DNA of 64,000 bases from Octopus sinensis (GCF_006345805.1 NC_043022.1:5394001-5458000), one strand, 5' to 3'; positions 24,903 to 37,734 are shown, counted from the first letter of the stretch. Notes: generated by a model from the sequence alone, not told the origin. Made by a program: numbers and translations.

Positions 24903-25291
24903 TGATATATATTATATATATAGAGAGAGAGAGAGAGAGAGACAGGCAGACAGACAAACAGACAGACAGAGTGAAAGAGTTAGAAAGCAAAGAGATCTGA
25001 TGAACACAATTTATATCCATGTAATTTATATCCATTAGGTCTGCTTTCTAGCTCAATATAAATGTATGATATCTTACGATATCCTATATAATAGATTCAC
25101 TGAAGGATTATCTCTTCAAAATTTAATCTGTTATACCAGTGTATCTTGGATAAATATTCCTATAATGGTTTGAATATCCTCATTGTGACTATCATCATCA
25201 TCATCATCATCATCGTTTAACGTCCACTTTCCATCCTAGCATGGGTTGGATGATTTGAATGAGGTCTGGCAAATATATATATATATATATA

Positions 25292-25890
25292 TATATACAA
25301 CGGGCTTCTTTCAGTTTCCACCGACCAAATCCACTCACAAAGCTTTGGTCGGCCTGTGGGCAAGTGTCTTCTATCATTCCCTCGACTTAGTTGATAGAAA
25401 CTGAAAGAAGCTCATCGTATTCTTTTTATTCTTTTATTTGTTCAGTCATTTGACTGTGGCCATGCTGGAGCACCACCTTTGGTCACAACAATTGTCGTGA
25501 TTAATAATAAATTCTCGAATATCACATCTTTCTTGTATATTCCATCTTTCATTTACATGTATATATACGAGGGTCTTCTTTCAGTTTCCATCTACCAATC
25601 CACTCACAAAGCTTTGGTCGGCTGTGGGCAAGTGTCTTCTATCATTCCCTCGACTTAGTTGATAGAAACTGAAAGAAGCTCATCGTATTCTTTTTATTCT
25701 TTTATTTGTTCCAGTCATTTGACTGTGGCCATGCTGGAGCACCACCTTTAGTCACAACAATTGTCGTGATTAATAATAAATTCTCGAATATCACATCTTT
25801 CTTGTATATTCCATCTTTCATTTACCATGTATATATACGAGGGTCTTCTTTCAGTTTCCATCTACCAAATCCACTCACAAAGCTTTGGTC
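25292..25890. repeat. ~268-270-bp tandem duplication of rearranged SINE B pieces
   Basis: cttctttcagtttcca recurs near 25305, 25575 and 25845. The unit contains SINE B segments in both orientations. Confidence 0.85.
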
Positions 25891-26521
25891 GGTCTGAGGC
25901 TATAGTAGAAGACACTTGCCCAAGGTGCCACGCAGTGGGACTGAACCCGGAACCTTGTGGTCGAGCAGCAAACTTCATACCACATGCTTATTCATTAAAA
26001 ATTATGGAGACAAGTGATGGAATTTTCTAAGAGAAACTTTTAAAAACATGAAGCAAGGAAAGGGAGAAATATTTTACACGTTCACATTTTTTTTTTTTTT
26101 AAATTGGTTCTGTTTTAATTATTGTGGAAACAGAGAAGAAATATTTGCTATGCGAACGAGTATTAATCAAACATTTGGTTTAAAAATTTATTATGAAAAG
26201 CCAGGGGTCAAATGTAAAAATAACTTTTGACTATTTTAACTCTTTCTTGCTCGAAAGTGACAGCCAAAAATTAAAAGGAAAAACAAAAACAAAGCAAAAC
26301 AAAAACAAAAAGAAATTGGCTAATTTTGCTGCTTTTTCTTGAAGGTTGTTTTATTTTGAAAAGCCAGTGATCTGCCATCAATTTTCCCTTCAGAATTACT
26401 GAGGCAAAAGAGCTACAAAGTAATATTTCCTGCTTCGCTTATTATGAAATGTCCGAGTAAATAGACTTCCAACAAAATTAGTCATCTAGAAAATGAAAAT
26501 ATTTGTTATCTAGTTATTGGG

Positions 26522-26554
<33 letters not shown>

Positions 26555-26795
26555 ATATTATCATTATCATTATTATTTATAATAATTTTATTATTACCAT
26601 TATTATTAATAATAATAATTTTATTATTACTGTTATTATTATTATCATTATTATTAATAATTTTATTAGTATCATTATTATTAATAATTTTATTATTAGT
26701 ATCATTATTATTAATAATTTTATTATCATTATTATTATTAATAATAATAATTTTATTATTATTATTATTATTAATTTTATTATTATTATTATTAC
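26522..26795. repeat. (ATT)n/(AAT)n compound minisatellite
   Basis: Directly visible. Confidence 0.95.
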
Positions 26796-27329
26796 TCAAA
26801 TATATTTCATTAAAATTTACTTTCAAAAGAATCCAGAATGGTTAGATTACCAAAGATATGTTTTGAAAATGAGAGAGGGAAAAAAAACAAAAAAAAAGGA
26901 AGAAAATTTTAGTATAAAAAACTTTTTTAAAAAATAGTTTCAAGTGTTTGAAGTAGAAATTGTTGAGAATTTCTATCAACTTTCAAGTCTGTAAAATTTC
27001 TGCAAAATCTTTTTTCCTTTCACCCACATTAAAGTCCATGATACTTATTGCATTTCAAATCATTTATTTATTTCTTACTGAGGCTTGAAATATAGAGGAA
27101 AACATGGATGGGGCTCGGTGTGGAGGGTGGGGGGTAATTAAGAGTCTGTGGCATTCATGCTTTCCTTTTTTTTTTCAAAAGGCATTAGCAACTGAAATAA
27201 AATTAAATAACTTCTAACTAATAAAATCTGGGTCATAAACCCCAGCTCAAAGGAAATGTTGATCTGTATATTAATAGAGATTTACAAATCCACAATGGCA
27301 TCTCTCTCTCTCTCTCTCTCCATATATAT

Positions 27330-27560
27330 TGCCTTCGAAACACGCTTGAGTCTAACTAGCAATAGCTGATGATTGGGGATTTTTCCTTGTGTAGTATGTC
27401 CTGTACTCTGTTTTTCTGTTGTAAAAAAATGGCTTTTCCGTTTTCGTTTCTCGTTGAGTTCTACGTCTAGTTGTGGTGTCCTGTACTCACGTATATATAT
27501 TTATATATGCACGTATATATACATGTAGATGTAGGTACATACATATATGTTTGTATGTAT
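27330..27560. repeat. Unclassified dispersed repeat (second copy ~29090-29270) adjoining TA arrays
   Basis: Shared gtcctgtactct..ttttcgtttctc..gtcctgtactca..catgtaga.gtaggtac. Confidence 0.6.
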
Positions 27561-27581
27561 GCATATATTTTATTTATTACC

Positions 27582-27627
<46 letters not shown>

Positions 27628-27674
27628 TACGTACATATATGTTTGTATGTATGCATATATTTTATTTATTACAC

Positions 27675-27714
<40 letters not shown>

Positions 27715-27823
27715 ATATATATATATATATAATATTAATTCGAGACAAAACCACTATTTTGCAAAACAAACAAGGAAATACTTAATCAATACATAAAAAT
27801 TTTTAATATAAAGAAATAAACCG

Positions 27824-27866
27824 CCACTACAATCGTTTCATGTCTTCAATGACATTCGTCAGGTGG
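27824..27866 (-). ncRNA. Minimal type I hammerhead ribozyme (Penelope-type), canonical core
   Basis: Minus strand CCAC-CUGACGA-AUGUC(AUUGAA)GACAU-GAAAC(GAUU)GUA/GUGG. All core nucleotides are present and stems I-III pair. Confidence 0.85.
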
Positions 27867-27915
27867 ATTTTCGATCTCCTAATCTGTTTTAATTTATGAA
27901 GTATATATATATATA

Positions 27916-28096
27916 CAGTAATCTCTCGCCATGTTGTGGTTCACCTTTTGCGGTTTATTATTTAAGCTTACGCCGATTCCTCCATGGTCTTGTTTTGCAT
28001 TTATAATAAAATGAATATACAGTACAGTACTCTTTCTACTTCGCAGATTTTGGAAGGTTTGGGAATGTTACACCTGTGATAGTCAAGGGATTATTG
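27916..28096. mobile_element. Tigger/pogo-like MITE
   Basis: TA|cagtaatctctcg...caagggattattg|TA: imperfect TIRs with TA TSD. Confidence 0.7.
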
Positions 28097-28107
28097 TATA
28101 TGTGTAG

Positions 28108-28520
28108 AAAATCGAAGTCGATCAACATCAATGGAAATTGCAGCAGTGGTTAAACGAACCATCCGATCATAGCCGTTGCCAGCGCCGCCCCGACTGGCCT
28201 CCGTGCCGGTGGCACGTAAAAGCACCATCCGTTCGTGTCCGTTGCCAGCCTCGCCTGGCCCCGTGCCGGTGGCACGTAAAAGTACCATCCGTTCGTTGCC
28301 GTTGCCAGCTCCATCTGGCACCTGTGCGTGTGGCACGTAAAAAGCACCCACTACACTCTCGGAGTGGTTGGCGTTAGGAAGGGCATCCAGCCGTAGAAAC
28401 ACTGCCAGATCAGACTGGGCGTGATGCAGCCTTCTGGCTTCACAGACCCCAATTGAACCGTCCAACCCATGCCAGTATGGAAAGCGGACGCTAAATGATG
28501 ATGATGATAATGATGATGAT
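28108..28520 (+). mobile_element. RTE 3' UTR copy (family E) with three ~60-bp modules
   Basis: gtgccggtggcacgtaaaag at ~28203 and ~28263, a variant at ~28324, and a (GAT)n tail. Confidence 0.85.
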
Positions 28521-28757
28521 ACTCAAGGAATATATAAAAAAATTAAATCCAATACAAGGAAAACAGTTTTCTCTAAATTACTGGGTCTGAATCAAAACAA
28601 TTGTAGGATTATAATATTGTTATTTATATTATATTATATAATAATAATAATAAAATAATAATAATAATAATAATATAGTAAATTAAAATTAAAATATGTT
28701 AATCATGAATCTTCATTTTCTTTTAATTCTTATTCATTTATACATATTGTGTATATC

Positions 28758-28995
28758 TTTTATCTTTTGTTTGTTTCAGTCATTGGATGGCAGCCTGCTG
28801 GGGCACTCCCTTGAAGGATTTTAATCGAATGATTTGACCCCAGTACTTAATTCCCTTAAACCTGGGTACTGATTCTATCCATCCCTTTTGCTGAACTGTT
28901 AAGTTATGGGGACATAACCACATGAACACCAGTTGTGAAGCAGTGATGGAGAACAAATACAGATACACATATATACCTATATATATATAATATAT

Positions 28996-29030
<35 letters not shown>

Positions 29031-29280
29031 TCGCTTTCACCTTCAAAGCGTAGAGTAGATGAAACCATGGCGACTGAAGAAGGGTTTTTTTCTTTGTGTT
29101 AATTGTCCTGTACTCTATTTTTTGTTGTTTAAAAAACGTCCAGTTCCTTTGGTTTGTGTCTTGTTTTCGTTTCTCTTGTGTTCGACATCCCTTTGGTCCT
29201 GTACTCATATATGCGTGTATATGTACATGTAGAGGTAGGTACGTACATATATGTTTATATATATGCATATGTTTATTTAT

Positions 29281-29315
<35 letters not shown>

Positions 29316-29495
29316 TATATGTATGTATACACACACACACACATACACAAGGGACTTGTTTCAGTTTCTGTCAACCAAATCCACTCACAAGACTTTGATC
29401 AGCCTGACATTTGTTCAAGGTGCCATGCAGTGGGACTGAACTTGGAACGAGGTAGTTGAGAGGCAAGCTTCTTACCACACAGCCACACCTGCACC
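28758..29495 (-). mobile_element. SINE family B with an insertion in its internal microsatellite
   Basis: 3' half at 28758-28970 and 5' half at 29350-29495. Confidence 0.7.
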
Positions 29496-30154
29496 TATAT
29501 TTTCCAGCATTCCACATTTTCCTCAAACAGTTTTCTGTTTCCCTTCTCATTATGTTGCCACCACATTAGACTTCCCCTATTCAGCGTCGATGTACCCCCA
29601 ACACGTACCCTTCCATAATTCACGCACTTCACATCAAAATTTACACGGGGGTACATCCTATTTATCATTCTTCTTTGCACACAATAAACCAAAAAGTCTC
29701 CTAGATTCTGAAGAACCATCAAAGACATGCCATCACTGAAATGCATCAAAAGATTTATGGTAGCAGAAATATGGGTGATGGTGGTGGAGGAGGAGGAGGA
29801 GCAGGGGAAGGAATAAAAAATGGGGAGGAGGAGAAGGAATAAGAAAATTGGTTTCTATGTCTCTGGAACCCAAATACCGACTAATTCCGATCGATCTATC
29901 AATGAAAAGCTGAGAGTTAAAATATTTAGTCACAGCCAAAAAAATTAAGGGTCAGTCGGTACAAAGGTAAACTTCAGTCACATGATTCTCTTCTTCTTCT
30001 TCTCTTCTTCTTCTCTAGCAACAGTCACATGCTTTTACCGATGCTGCAGTCACATGCAGTTTCCATCCTCACATCTGTCAGGTGCAGAAATGCAGTGTTT
30101 TCTTTGCACTTTCTTATTATTATCTTCTGTCTTTCAGTTCATTGTGAGATGTTA

Positions 30155-30720
30155 GTGGTGGTGGTGGTGGTGGTAAAGGTAGGGATGGTGGCAGTGGTAG
30201 TGGCAGTGGTAGTAGTAGTGGTGGAGGTGGTGGTGGTGTTGATGATACTAGTGGCAGTGGTAGTAGTAGTGGTGGTGGTGGTGTTGATGGTACTAGTGGT
30301 CGTGGCAGTGGTGGAGGTGGTGGTGGTGTTGATGGTACTAGTGGTCGTGGCGGTGGTGGTGGTGGTGTTGATGGTACTAGTGGTCGTGGCGGTGGTGGTG
30401 GTGTTGATGGTACTAGTGGTGGTGGTGGTGGAGGTGGTAGTAGTAGTGGTGGTGGTGGAGGTGGTGTTGATGGTACTAGTGGTCGTGGCGGTGGTGGTGT
30501 TGATGGTACTAGTGGTCGTGGCGGTGGTGGAGGTGGTGAAGGTAGTGTGGGTAGTGATGGTGGCAGTGGTGGTGGAGGTGGTGTTGATGGTACTAGTGGT
30601 GGTGGTGGTGGAGGTGGTAGTGGTGGTGGTGGCAATAGTTGTAGCAGTAGTAGTGGTGGTGGTGGTGTTGGTGTCCACAATGCAAAAGTTATTGATGCTA
30701 GTGGTATGATGATACCAGTA
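30155..30720. repeat. (GGT)n-based minisatellite (gtgttgatggtactagtggt unit)
   Basis: Directly visible. Confidence 0.95.
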
Positions 30721-31684
30721 ATGGTTAAGCTGAGGTGTGAAGCAGTAGTGATGCTTACATAATATAAAGCTTGCTGTTGCTGCTGTTGTTGGGGCAATGG
30801 TAGTGGTGATGGTGGTGACGATGGTGGTGGTGGTGGTAGTAGTAAATTCAAAGTAAGCATAATTAGAGTTTGCTACCGAAAAATGGGCAAATGATGATGA
30901 TGATGATGATGATGATGATGTGTGGTGGGGTTCACACATATATTGAGCTATTTATCTATCAATATATATATACAAACTTAAACACATGCACACGCACACA
31001 TATACATAGCAGTTCAGCAAACAACGACTGATTGAATAAGTACCAGACTTTACAAAAAACAAAAAAAAAAAAAGTACTGAGGTTGATTTGTTCAATTCAA
31101 TCCTCAAAAACACTGCCCCAGCATGACCACAGTCTAAGGAATGAAACAAGGAAAAGACATACACACACACTACCACAAAACTACCACCACCATTGCCACC
31201 ACACTACTATGACATGAATTAAGCCTTAATTCCTCTCCCTGTCCATGGCTTCACAGCCTGTACCCCACCCCACCACCAACATCTTGACACTCTCATCTCT
31301 CCTTCTTTTCCTCCTTTACTACCTCAACACTTGTTGTCCCCTTGTTTTGTTCCCCCCCCCCCATCATACTGCCCTTATCATTTTATCTCAAACCCCTTCT
31401 CTCACAGTCCCTACCATTTTTATCTAACCCCCATCCTTTGCCTGTAACAAGGGACAGAAGTATAAAACAGCCCTACATGCTCCACCCTATAACTCCCACT
31501 CTTTCTTTCCCAACCCCACCATCACACCCTCACAACAATAACTCTACTCTTCTCAGCATACTTTACCATCATCCCGCTCCTCTCCTCTCTTTCTCTCTCT
31601 CTCTCTCATTTCTTTTTTCGGTGTGGTCATTCTTTGGTGCTGCCAATTACAAGGCAACCTCACAAAGGCTGGTGCCATAAGCTA

Positions 31685-32145
31685 AAAGTAAAGGTTACTT
31701 TCTTGACTCATGCCGATTCATAAGGTCCAGGTTCTTGGTTTCCATGGCATATAAATCCCCACCCCACCCGGATGCAACACTAGTCCCTTGCAGGATTACT
31801 CATTTTTTCACCAGCCGAGTGGACTGGAGCAACGTGAAATGAAGTGTCTTGCTCAAGAAAACAATGCATTGCCCGGTCCAGGAATCGAAACCACAATCTT
31901 ACGGTTGTGAATCCAACACCCCTAACCATTAAGCCATGTACCTCCACTGGTGGTACCCATTTTTGTCAGCTGAGTGGACTGGGGCAACGTGAAATGAAGT
32001 GTTTTGTTCAAGAACACAACAGACCATCTGGTTCAGGGACTGAAACCACAATCTTACGGTCGTGAATCCAACACCCCTAACCATTAAGCCACGTGCCTCC
32101 CCAGGCTAAAACTCATTTTTGCCAGCTGAGTGGACTGGAGCAACA
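31685..32145 (-). mobile_element. SINE family D plus tandem partial copies of its head
   Basis: gagtggactggagcaacgtgaaatgaagtg-like motif three times; aaaagtaaaggttac tail. Confidence 0.75.
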
Positions 32146-32147
32146 AG

Positions 32148-32172
32148 AAACACAGACACACAAACACACACA

Positions 32173-32212
<40 letters not shown>

Positions 32213-32373
32213 ACGGGCTTCTTTCAGTTTCCGTCTACCAAATTCACTCACAAGGCTTTGGTCGGCCCGGGGTTATAGTAGAAGACACTTGCCCAAGGTG
32301 CCACGCAGTGGGACTGAACCCGGAACCATGTGGTTGGTAAACAAGCTACTTACCACACAGCCACTCCTGCGCC
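32148..32373 (-). mobile_element. SINE family B 5' half
   Basis: Near-consensus head. Confidence 0.85.
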
Positions 32374-32383
32374 TATATATATA

Positions 32384-32415
<32 letters not shown>

Positions 32416-32955
32416 GTATACATACATACATACATATAGTTATTCTACCAAATATATACATTTTATTTATTATTTTGCACATTACTTAATCATTGTTATA
32501 TGTTTTATCTTATATTTAATCTTTCTATAAGATGTAATTTTTCTAAATGGTATAATTTAATTTTTCATTATTGAATTGATAAAAGTGGTTTTTTTCTAAT
32601 TTATATATATATATACATACACATATGTGCACGCACATGCGAAGTGAAGAAATGTTACAAGAATTTATGTATGCAAACATCAGTTCCATTGAAAGACAAC
32701 AAAGCAGACGTAGTTGTCTGCAGCTGAGATGGAATATGTCTGCTCTGTTGTGGAAGGGAATCATCTAGCAGACTTGAAGAACCCTTCTAAAGTAAACAGA
32801 AGGGAAAACACCAATGTCAACACACAAAAGGGGACACACACACATATAACATTATTGCCCACCCTTGCCCACCCCCCATACTTATCTAACATGAAACAAC
32901 ATTAATGTGGTAACAAACATATATCTTTCAACACACACACACACACATATATATA

Positions 32956-32990
<35 letters not shown>

Positions 32991-33173
32991 TGGGAGTCAG
33001 GTCAATAATGAGTTTAACCACTGCTCGTTAATGAGCTGCTGTATAAAATCGATTTGTTTTGGCCCACTTAATGAATTGCTGCTTTCACCACAATTATATT
33101 ACATAAATGCTTCTTCTCATTTACATGCAATGCACATATGTATATACACATGTATATACACATTTATATACAC

Positions 33174-33189
<16 letters not shown>

Positions 33190-33204
<15 letters not shown>

Positions 33205-33362
33205 AATAAACATTGTGTACAGTGCTCAGGTGCACTACAACTCATCTAAAGTGCATAGGTGTAGTTTCAACGGATTTCGGAAAGCACGAGGGCCTTAAAG
33301 GATGCAGTGTCATGGCAGTCAACAACTGACGCAGGCAGTTTATTCCATGCTTCAGCAACTCT
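33190..33362 (-). mobile_element. CR1-like LINE 3' end
   Basis: RVAEAWNKLPASVVDCHDTASFKAL, nearly identical to 7300-7460. Confidence 0.85.
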
Positions 33363-33384
33363 ATATATACACATATCTTTATAT

Positions 33385-33610
33385 ATGAAAGGGTGCTGAA
33401 AAGTTTCTGACTTTAAAGGTATCACAAAAGGTCTGGTTGAAGAACCAACCTTCCATGTTCTTTCACAGGGCTTAGAAAAGTTGAAGGACCGCTGCAATAA
33501 GTGTGAGAATCTGAGAGGAGGGGAATATGTTGAATGAAATCATAATTAACTGATCCTCATCCTGTATCTACTTTTACCCAAAGCCAAGAACTTTTCAACC
33601 CCATCTCATA
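33385..33610. mobile_element. Tc1/mariner-like MITE
   Basis: TIR-like gggtgctgaaaagtttctgacttt / aaagccaagaacttttcaacccc with TA flanks. Copies at 43947-44141 and 44170-44386. Confidence 0.7.
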
Positions 33611-34153
33611 TATTTACATACAAAACACACACACTTACTACATACTTGATATATATATACTCTTGTGTGTGTGTGTATATAAATATGATGGGCACCTCTT
33701 ACAGAAGGTGTTCTGAGAGCTTACCACACGAGTACACATACCTTCATTCAATCACAGAATTTTTCATTGAGAGAGTTTTTAACAGCAGGGATTAGGTGAA
33801 CCAGGAGAAAAGGGTCAGTGACATCAATGGTTGAGGAACCCTACCAGAAGAGGAGGAGTGAAGGAGGTCACATGGATAAAAGTAGGACCAGCATGGGCCT
33901 CTTCACCTCAGGGTGGTTGTAAAAGACAGGTGCATGTGGACGTATGAATTAGAGATGGAATTTGCCGTTAGGTTCTGACAATAAGTTAGGTGGGTAATGC
34001 ACTTTTCGAATGTAACCCCTGTGGGACAGTCGACACAGCAAGGAAACCTGAGAGGCAGGTGAATTGCACTTTGCTCCTTATGCGACATTCCCTTTCTTAT
34101 GGTGATGGCCATGGTAGGTAACACATAAAAGAGATGCTGAGGCCTGAAGCATT

Positions 34154-34340
34154 TTAACCCTTCAACATTCAAATTATTCTGTCGAATGTAAAGCTTACTC
34201 ATTCACATTGTTTTCTATCAATCATGAATTATCTCAGAGCTTTGAGATTTCAATGATGGGATTTCTTACTTTTAGAATGACATTATAGGTCAGGTATAAG
34301 AAGCCAGATCTGGCCAGCATAACACAGGTAGAGTATTTAA
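34154..34340 (+). mobile_element. piggyBac-like (TTAA-CCCTT) MITE remnant; related copies at 34830-35025 and 35026-35058 plus 35636-35718
   Basis: ttaaccctt..cattca.att..tctgtc.aat start shared by the three copies. Confidence 0.55.
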
Positions 34341-34347
34341 TATATGT

Positions 34348-34806
34348 GTCAGCTCTGTCTGGCCCCCGTGTTGGTGGCACGTAAAAGCACCATCCGTTTG
34401 TGTCCGTTGCCAGCCTCGCCTGGCCCCCGTGCCGGTGACACGTAAAAGCACCATCCGTTCGTGGCCGTTTGCCAGCTCTGTCTGGCCCCCGTGTTGGTGA
34501 CACGTAAAAGCACCATCCGTTCATGTCCGTTGCCAGCCTCGCCTGGCCCCCGTGCCGGTGACATGTAAAAGCACCATCCGTTCGTGGCCGTTTGCCAGCT
34601 CTGTCTGGCACCTGTGCGGGTGGCACGTAAAAAGCACCCACTACACTCACGGAGTGGTTGGCGTTAGGAAGGGCATCCAGCCGTAGAAACACTGCCAGAT
34701 CTGACTGGGCCTGATGAAGCCTTCTGGCTTCACAGACCCCAGTTGAACTGTCCAACCCATCTAGCATGGAAAGCGGACGCTAAACGATGATGATGATGAT
34801 GATGAT
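34348..34806 (+). mobile_element. RTE 3' UTR copy (family E) with five modules
   Basis: cacgtaaaagcacc-like motif near 34378, 34438, 34501, 34560 and 34624; (GAT)n tail. Confidence 0.85.
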
Positions 34807-35058
34807 TACTGATGTGGGTGTCATTAACTTTAACCCTTTAGCATTCAGATTTATTCTGTCGAATTTAATGCTTGTCTATTCCCATTGTTTTGTGTTATAG
34901 CATTATTATTTCAATAACGTGATTGTTTAGTTTTGGAATGACATTGTAGGGCAGGTGTGAGAGGCCAGATCTGGTCAGTTTGAACATAAAACAGAAAGAA
35001 TATTTGGGCTGGATATGGCAGATTTAAGCCTTTAGCATTCAGATTACTCTGTCAAATT

Positions 35059-35635
35059 ATCATCATCATCATCATCATCGTTTAGCGTCCGTTTTCCATG
35101 CTAGCATGGGTTGGACGGTTCAACTGGGGTCTGGGAAGCCAGAAGGCTTCATCAGGCCCAGTCAAATCTGGCAGTGTTTCTATGGCTGGATGCCCTTCCT
35201 AACGCCAACCACTCCGTGAGTGTAGTGGGTGCTTTTTACGTGCCATCCGCACAGGTGCCAGACAGAGCAGGCAAATGGCCACGAACGGATGGTGCTTTTT
35301 ATGTGCCACGCGCACGAGGGCCAGGCGAGGCTGGCAACGGACACGAAACGGAGCAGTGCTGGCAACGGTCGCGAAACGGAAGGTTCTCTTACATGCCACC
35401 GGCACTGGTAATACATCTGCAATTTCCATTGATCGATTTCGATTCTGATCCTCACTTGCTTCAACGGGTCTTCACAAGTAGAGTTTCGACATGCCACCGG
35501 CACTGGTAACACATCTGCAATTTCCATTGATCGATTTCGATTCTGATCCTCACTTGCTTCAACGGGTCTTCACAAGTAGAGTTTCGACATGCCACCGGCA
35601 CTGGTAACACATCTGCAATTTCCATTGATCGATTT
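35059..35635 (-). mobile_element. RTE 3' UTR copy (family E) with a ~98-bp tandem duplication
   Basis: acatgccaccggcactggtaa at ~35391, ~35489 and ~35587. Confidence 0.85.
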
Positions 35636-35919
35636 CTTATTCCCCTTGTTTTGAATTAATCGGGGATTACCTCACAGCCTTGAGACCTCAATGATGTGAT
35701 TGTTTGTTTTTAGAATGTTGCTCCTTCCATTCTCTATCTCTAATATATACCCCAGCTATTTACTACCCTTGCTGTCTGTCTGACAGGCACTTGTAGGTCA
35801 AACTTCACAGCCACCCTATATTTCTCTCAAATAAACTATTCACACTCTAAACACGCGTTGAGTTCCTTTTCAGAAAGTGCTACTTGTTTATAATTACATG
35901 TGTGTGTGTGTATCTCCCT

Positions 35920-35951
<32 letters not shown>

Positions 35952-36214
35952 CCACACACACAAAGACAGGCAGACAGATAGATATGCGCCAGCCAGCTCC
36001 ATAATTGTAACTCCATTTAGTTATTTATGTCGCAAACAAACCAACAAGGGACATACTCCTCCGATGTATTTCATTTGTGTGGAAGTCTCAGGACACTTGT
36101 CGCTCTCTCTCTCTCTCTCTCTTTCTCTCTCCATACAACAGAATTAAAACCACGATTACAAACAAACACGTTTAATTCTCCAACCAACCATTATTGCTCC
36201 ACAATGAATTCCCA

Positions 36215-36805
36215 CGTAAACTTCTTCTGAAAGAAGGGCTTTTATTTATTTATTTATTTTCCTGGAAATAAATAATGACGGGGACAAAAATAAAAGACAA
36301 ACTATGACAAAAGGGAGACTGAAAGAGAAAACAAAAAGACAGACCAAAATCTGGGGCCATCAACGTCTTGCAAAGCATTTATCTTCATTTTCTGTCTTGT
36401 TTCAAAGGGTTTATATGCTTGTCTCAAAGCTTAAGCCATGCAAGTGTAAGTTCATGCCGTAAACGAATGGTGAAACCGCGAATGGCTCAGGAACCGGACC
36501 TAATCCTCGGGACCGTATTCTTCCACCGCGAGGAAAGTGGATAACTGTGGCAATTCTAGAGCTAATACATGCAACTGAAGCCGCAATCGCAGGTCGCACC
36601 CGGGCGTAAATTTCTTTTGAAAGAAGGGCTTTTATTTATTTATTTATTTTCCTGGAAATAAATAATGACGGGGACAAAAATAAAAGACAAACTATGACAA
36701 AAAGGAGACTGAAAGAGAAAACAAAAAGACAGACCAAAATCTGGGGCCATCAACGTCTTGCGAAGCATTTGTCTTCATTTTCGGTCTTGTTTCAAAGGGT
36801 TTATA
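36215..36805. repeat. 201-bp direct repeats (36215-36415 and 36605-36805) flanking the 18S fragment
   Basis: Offset 390 bp; 6 substitutions counted by eye. Confidence 0.95.
36413..36606 (+). pseudogene. 18S rRNA: 5' fragment of nuclear 18S rRNA (dispersed rDNA pseudogene)
   Basis: Universal 18S motifs in order: atatgcttgtctcaaag.ttaagccatgca, ggtgaaaccgcgaatggctca, tggataactgtgg.aattctagagctaatacatgc. Only ~190 bp. Confidence 0.93.
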
Positions 36806-37029
36806 GGAGTTAAGCAGAAAAGAGATAACAGGATAATAGTAGCAATAAAAACAACCCAAAATGTGGTATTAATAGAAATATGGGGGAGAATGGGTGACTT
36901 TGGTGTTATTCAAGGATCTCAGGATGTTCACCGCAAAACGTTTTATTGCTTTCGCAAAAGACAGCGGAATGGAAATGGTATTCATTTTACAACTGGGATA
37001 AAAAGGCACTCTGTTTATACGGTTAATGT

Positions 37030-37465
37030 ATATATGTGTGTATGTATGTATGTATGTAGGTGTGTATGCATGTGTGTGTGTGTATGTATGTATGTAGGTG
37101 TGTGTGTATGTATTATGTGAATGTATGTATGTGTGTGTATGTATGTGTGTGTATGTGCATATGTGTGTGTGTATGTATGAGTGTATATGTATGCATGTGT
37201 ATGTATGAGTGTATATGTATGCATGTGTGTATATATGTGTATGTGTGTATGTGTATATATGTATGTGTTTGTATATATATGTGTATATGTATGCGTGTGT
37301 GTGTGTATGTGTGATTAAATGTTTGTGCATGTGTATGTATGCGTATGTATGCATGTAAGTGTGTGTGTGCGTGTGTGTATCTGTATGTGTATGTACGACT
37401 ATGTATACACACATATTCAAGTGTATATATGTGAACATAAGTGTGTGTGTGTGTGAGTGTGTGTG
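37030..37465. repeat. (TG/TA)n microsatellite
   Basis: Directly visible. Confidence 0.95.
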
Positions 37466-37734
37466 ACTGGCGCTTCATCAGTTATGATGACAATTGCTCC
37501 AGCTGACCAACGGAGCAGCCTTCCCATGAAACTAACATGCAAGTGGTTGAGTACTCCACAGACCAATGTAGTCCTCAAGGAGATTCAGTGAGACACAGAA
37601 TATAACAAGGCTGGCCCCTTTTCAATTACTGGTACTTCTCATTTTAGCCAGTGGAGTGGAGTGGAGCAATGTAGGAATTGACTAATTGTTAAGCCATGCA
37701 CCTTCACGTGCGTGTATGAGTGTATATGTGCTTA

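Noticed and set aside
33720-34140. Possible decayed RT fragment on the minus strand (SSSGRVPQ)
   Set aside because: Only a weak partial motif; not enough to call.
36413-36606. Functional 18S rRNA gene or rDNA unit
   Set aside because: Only ~190 bp, lacks the 5' terminus, and has no ITS, 5.8S or 28S nearby.
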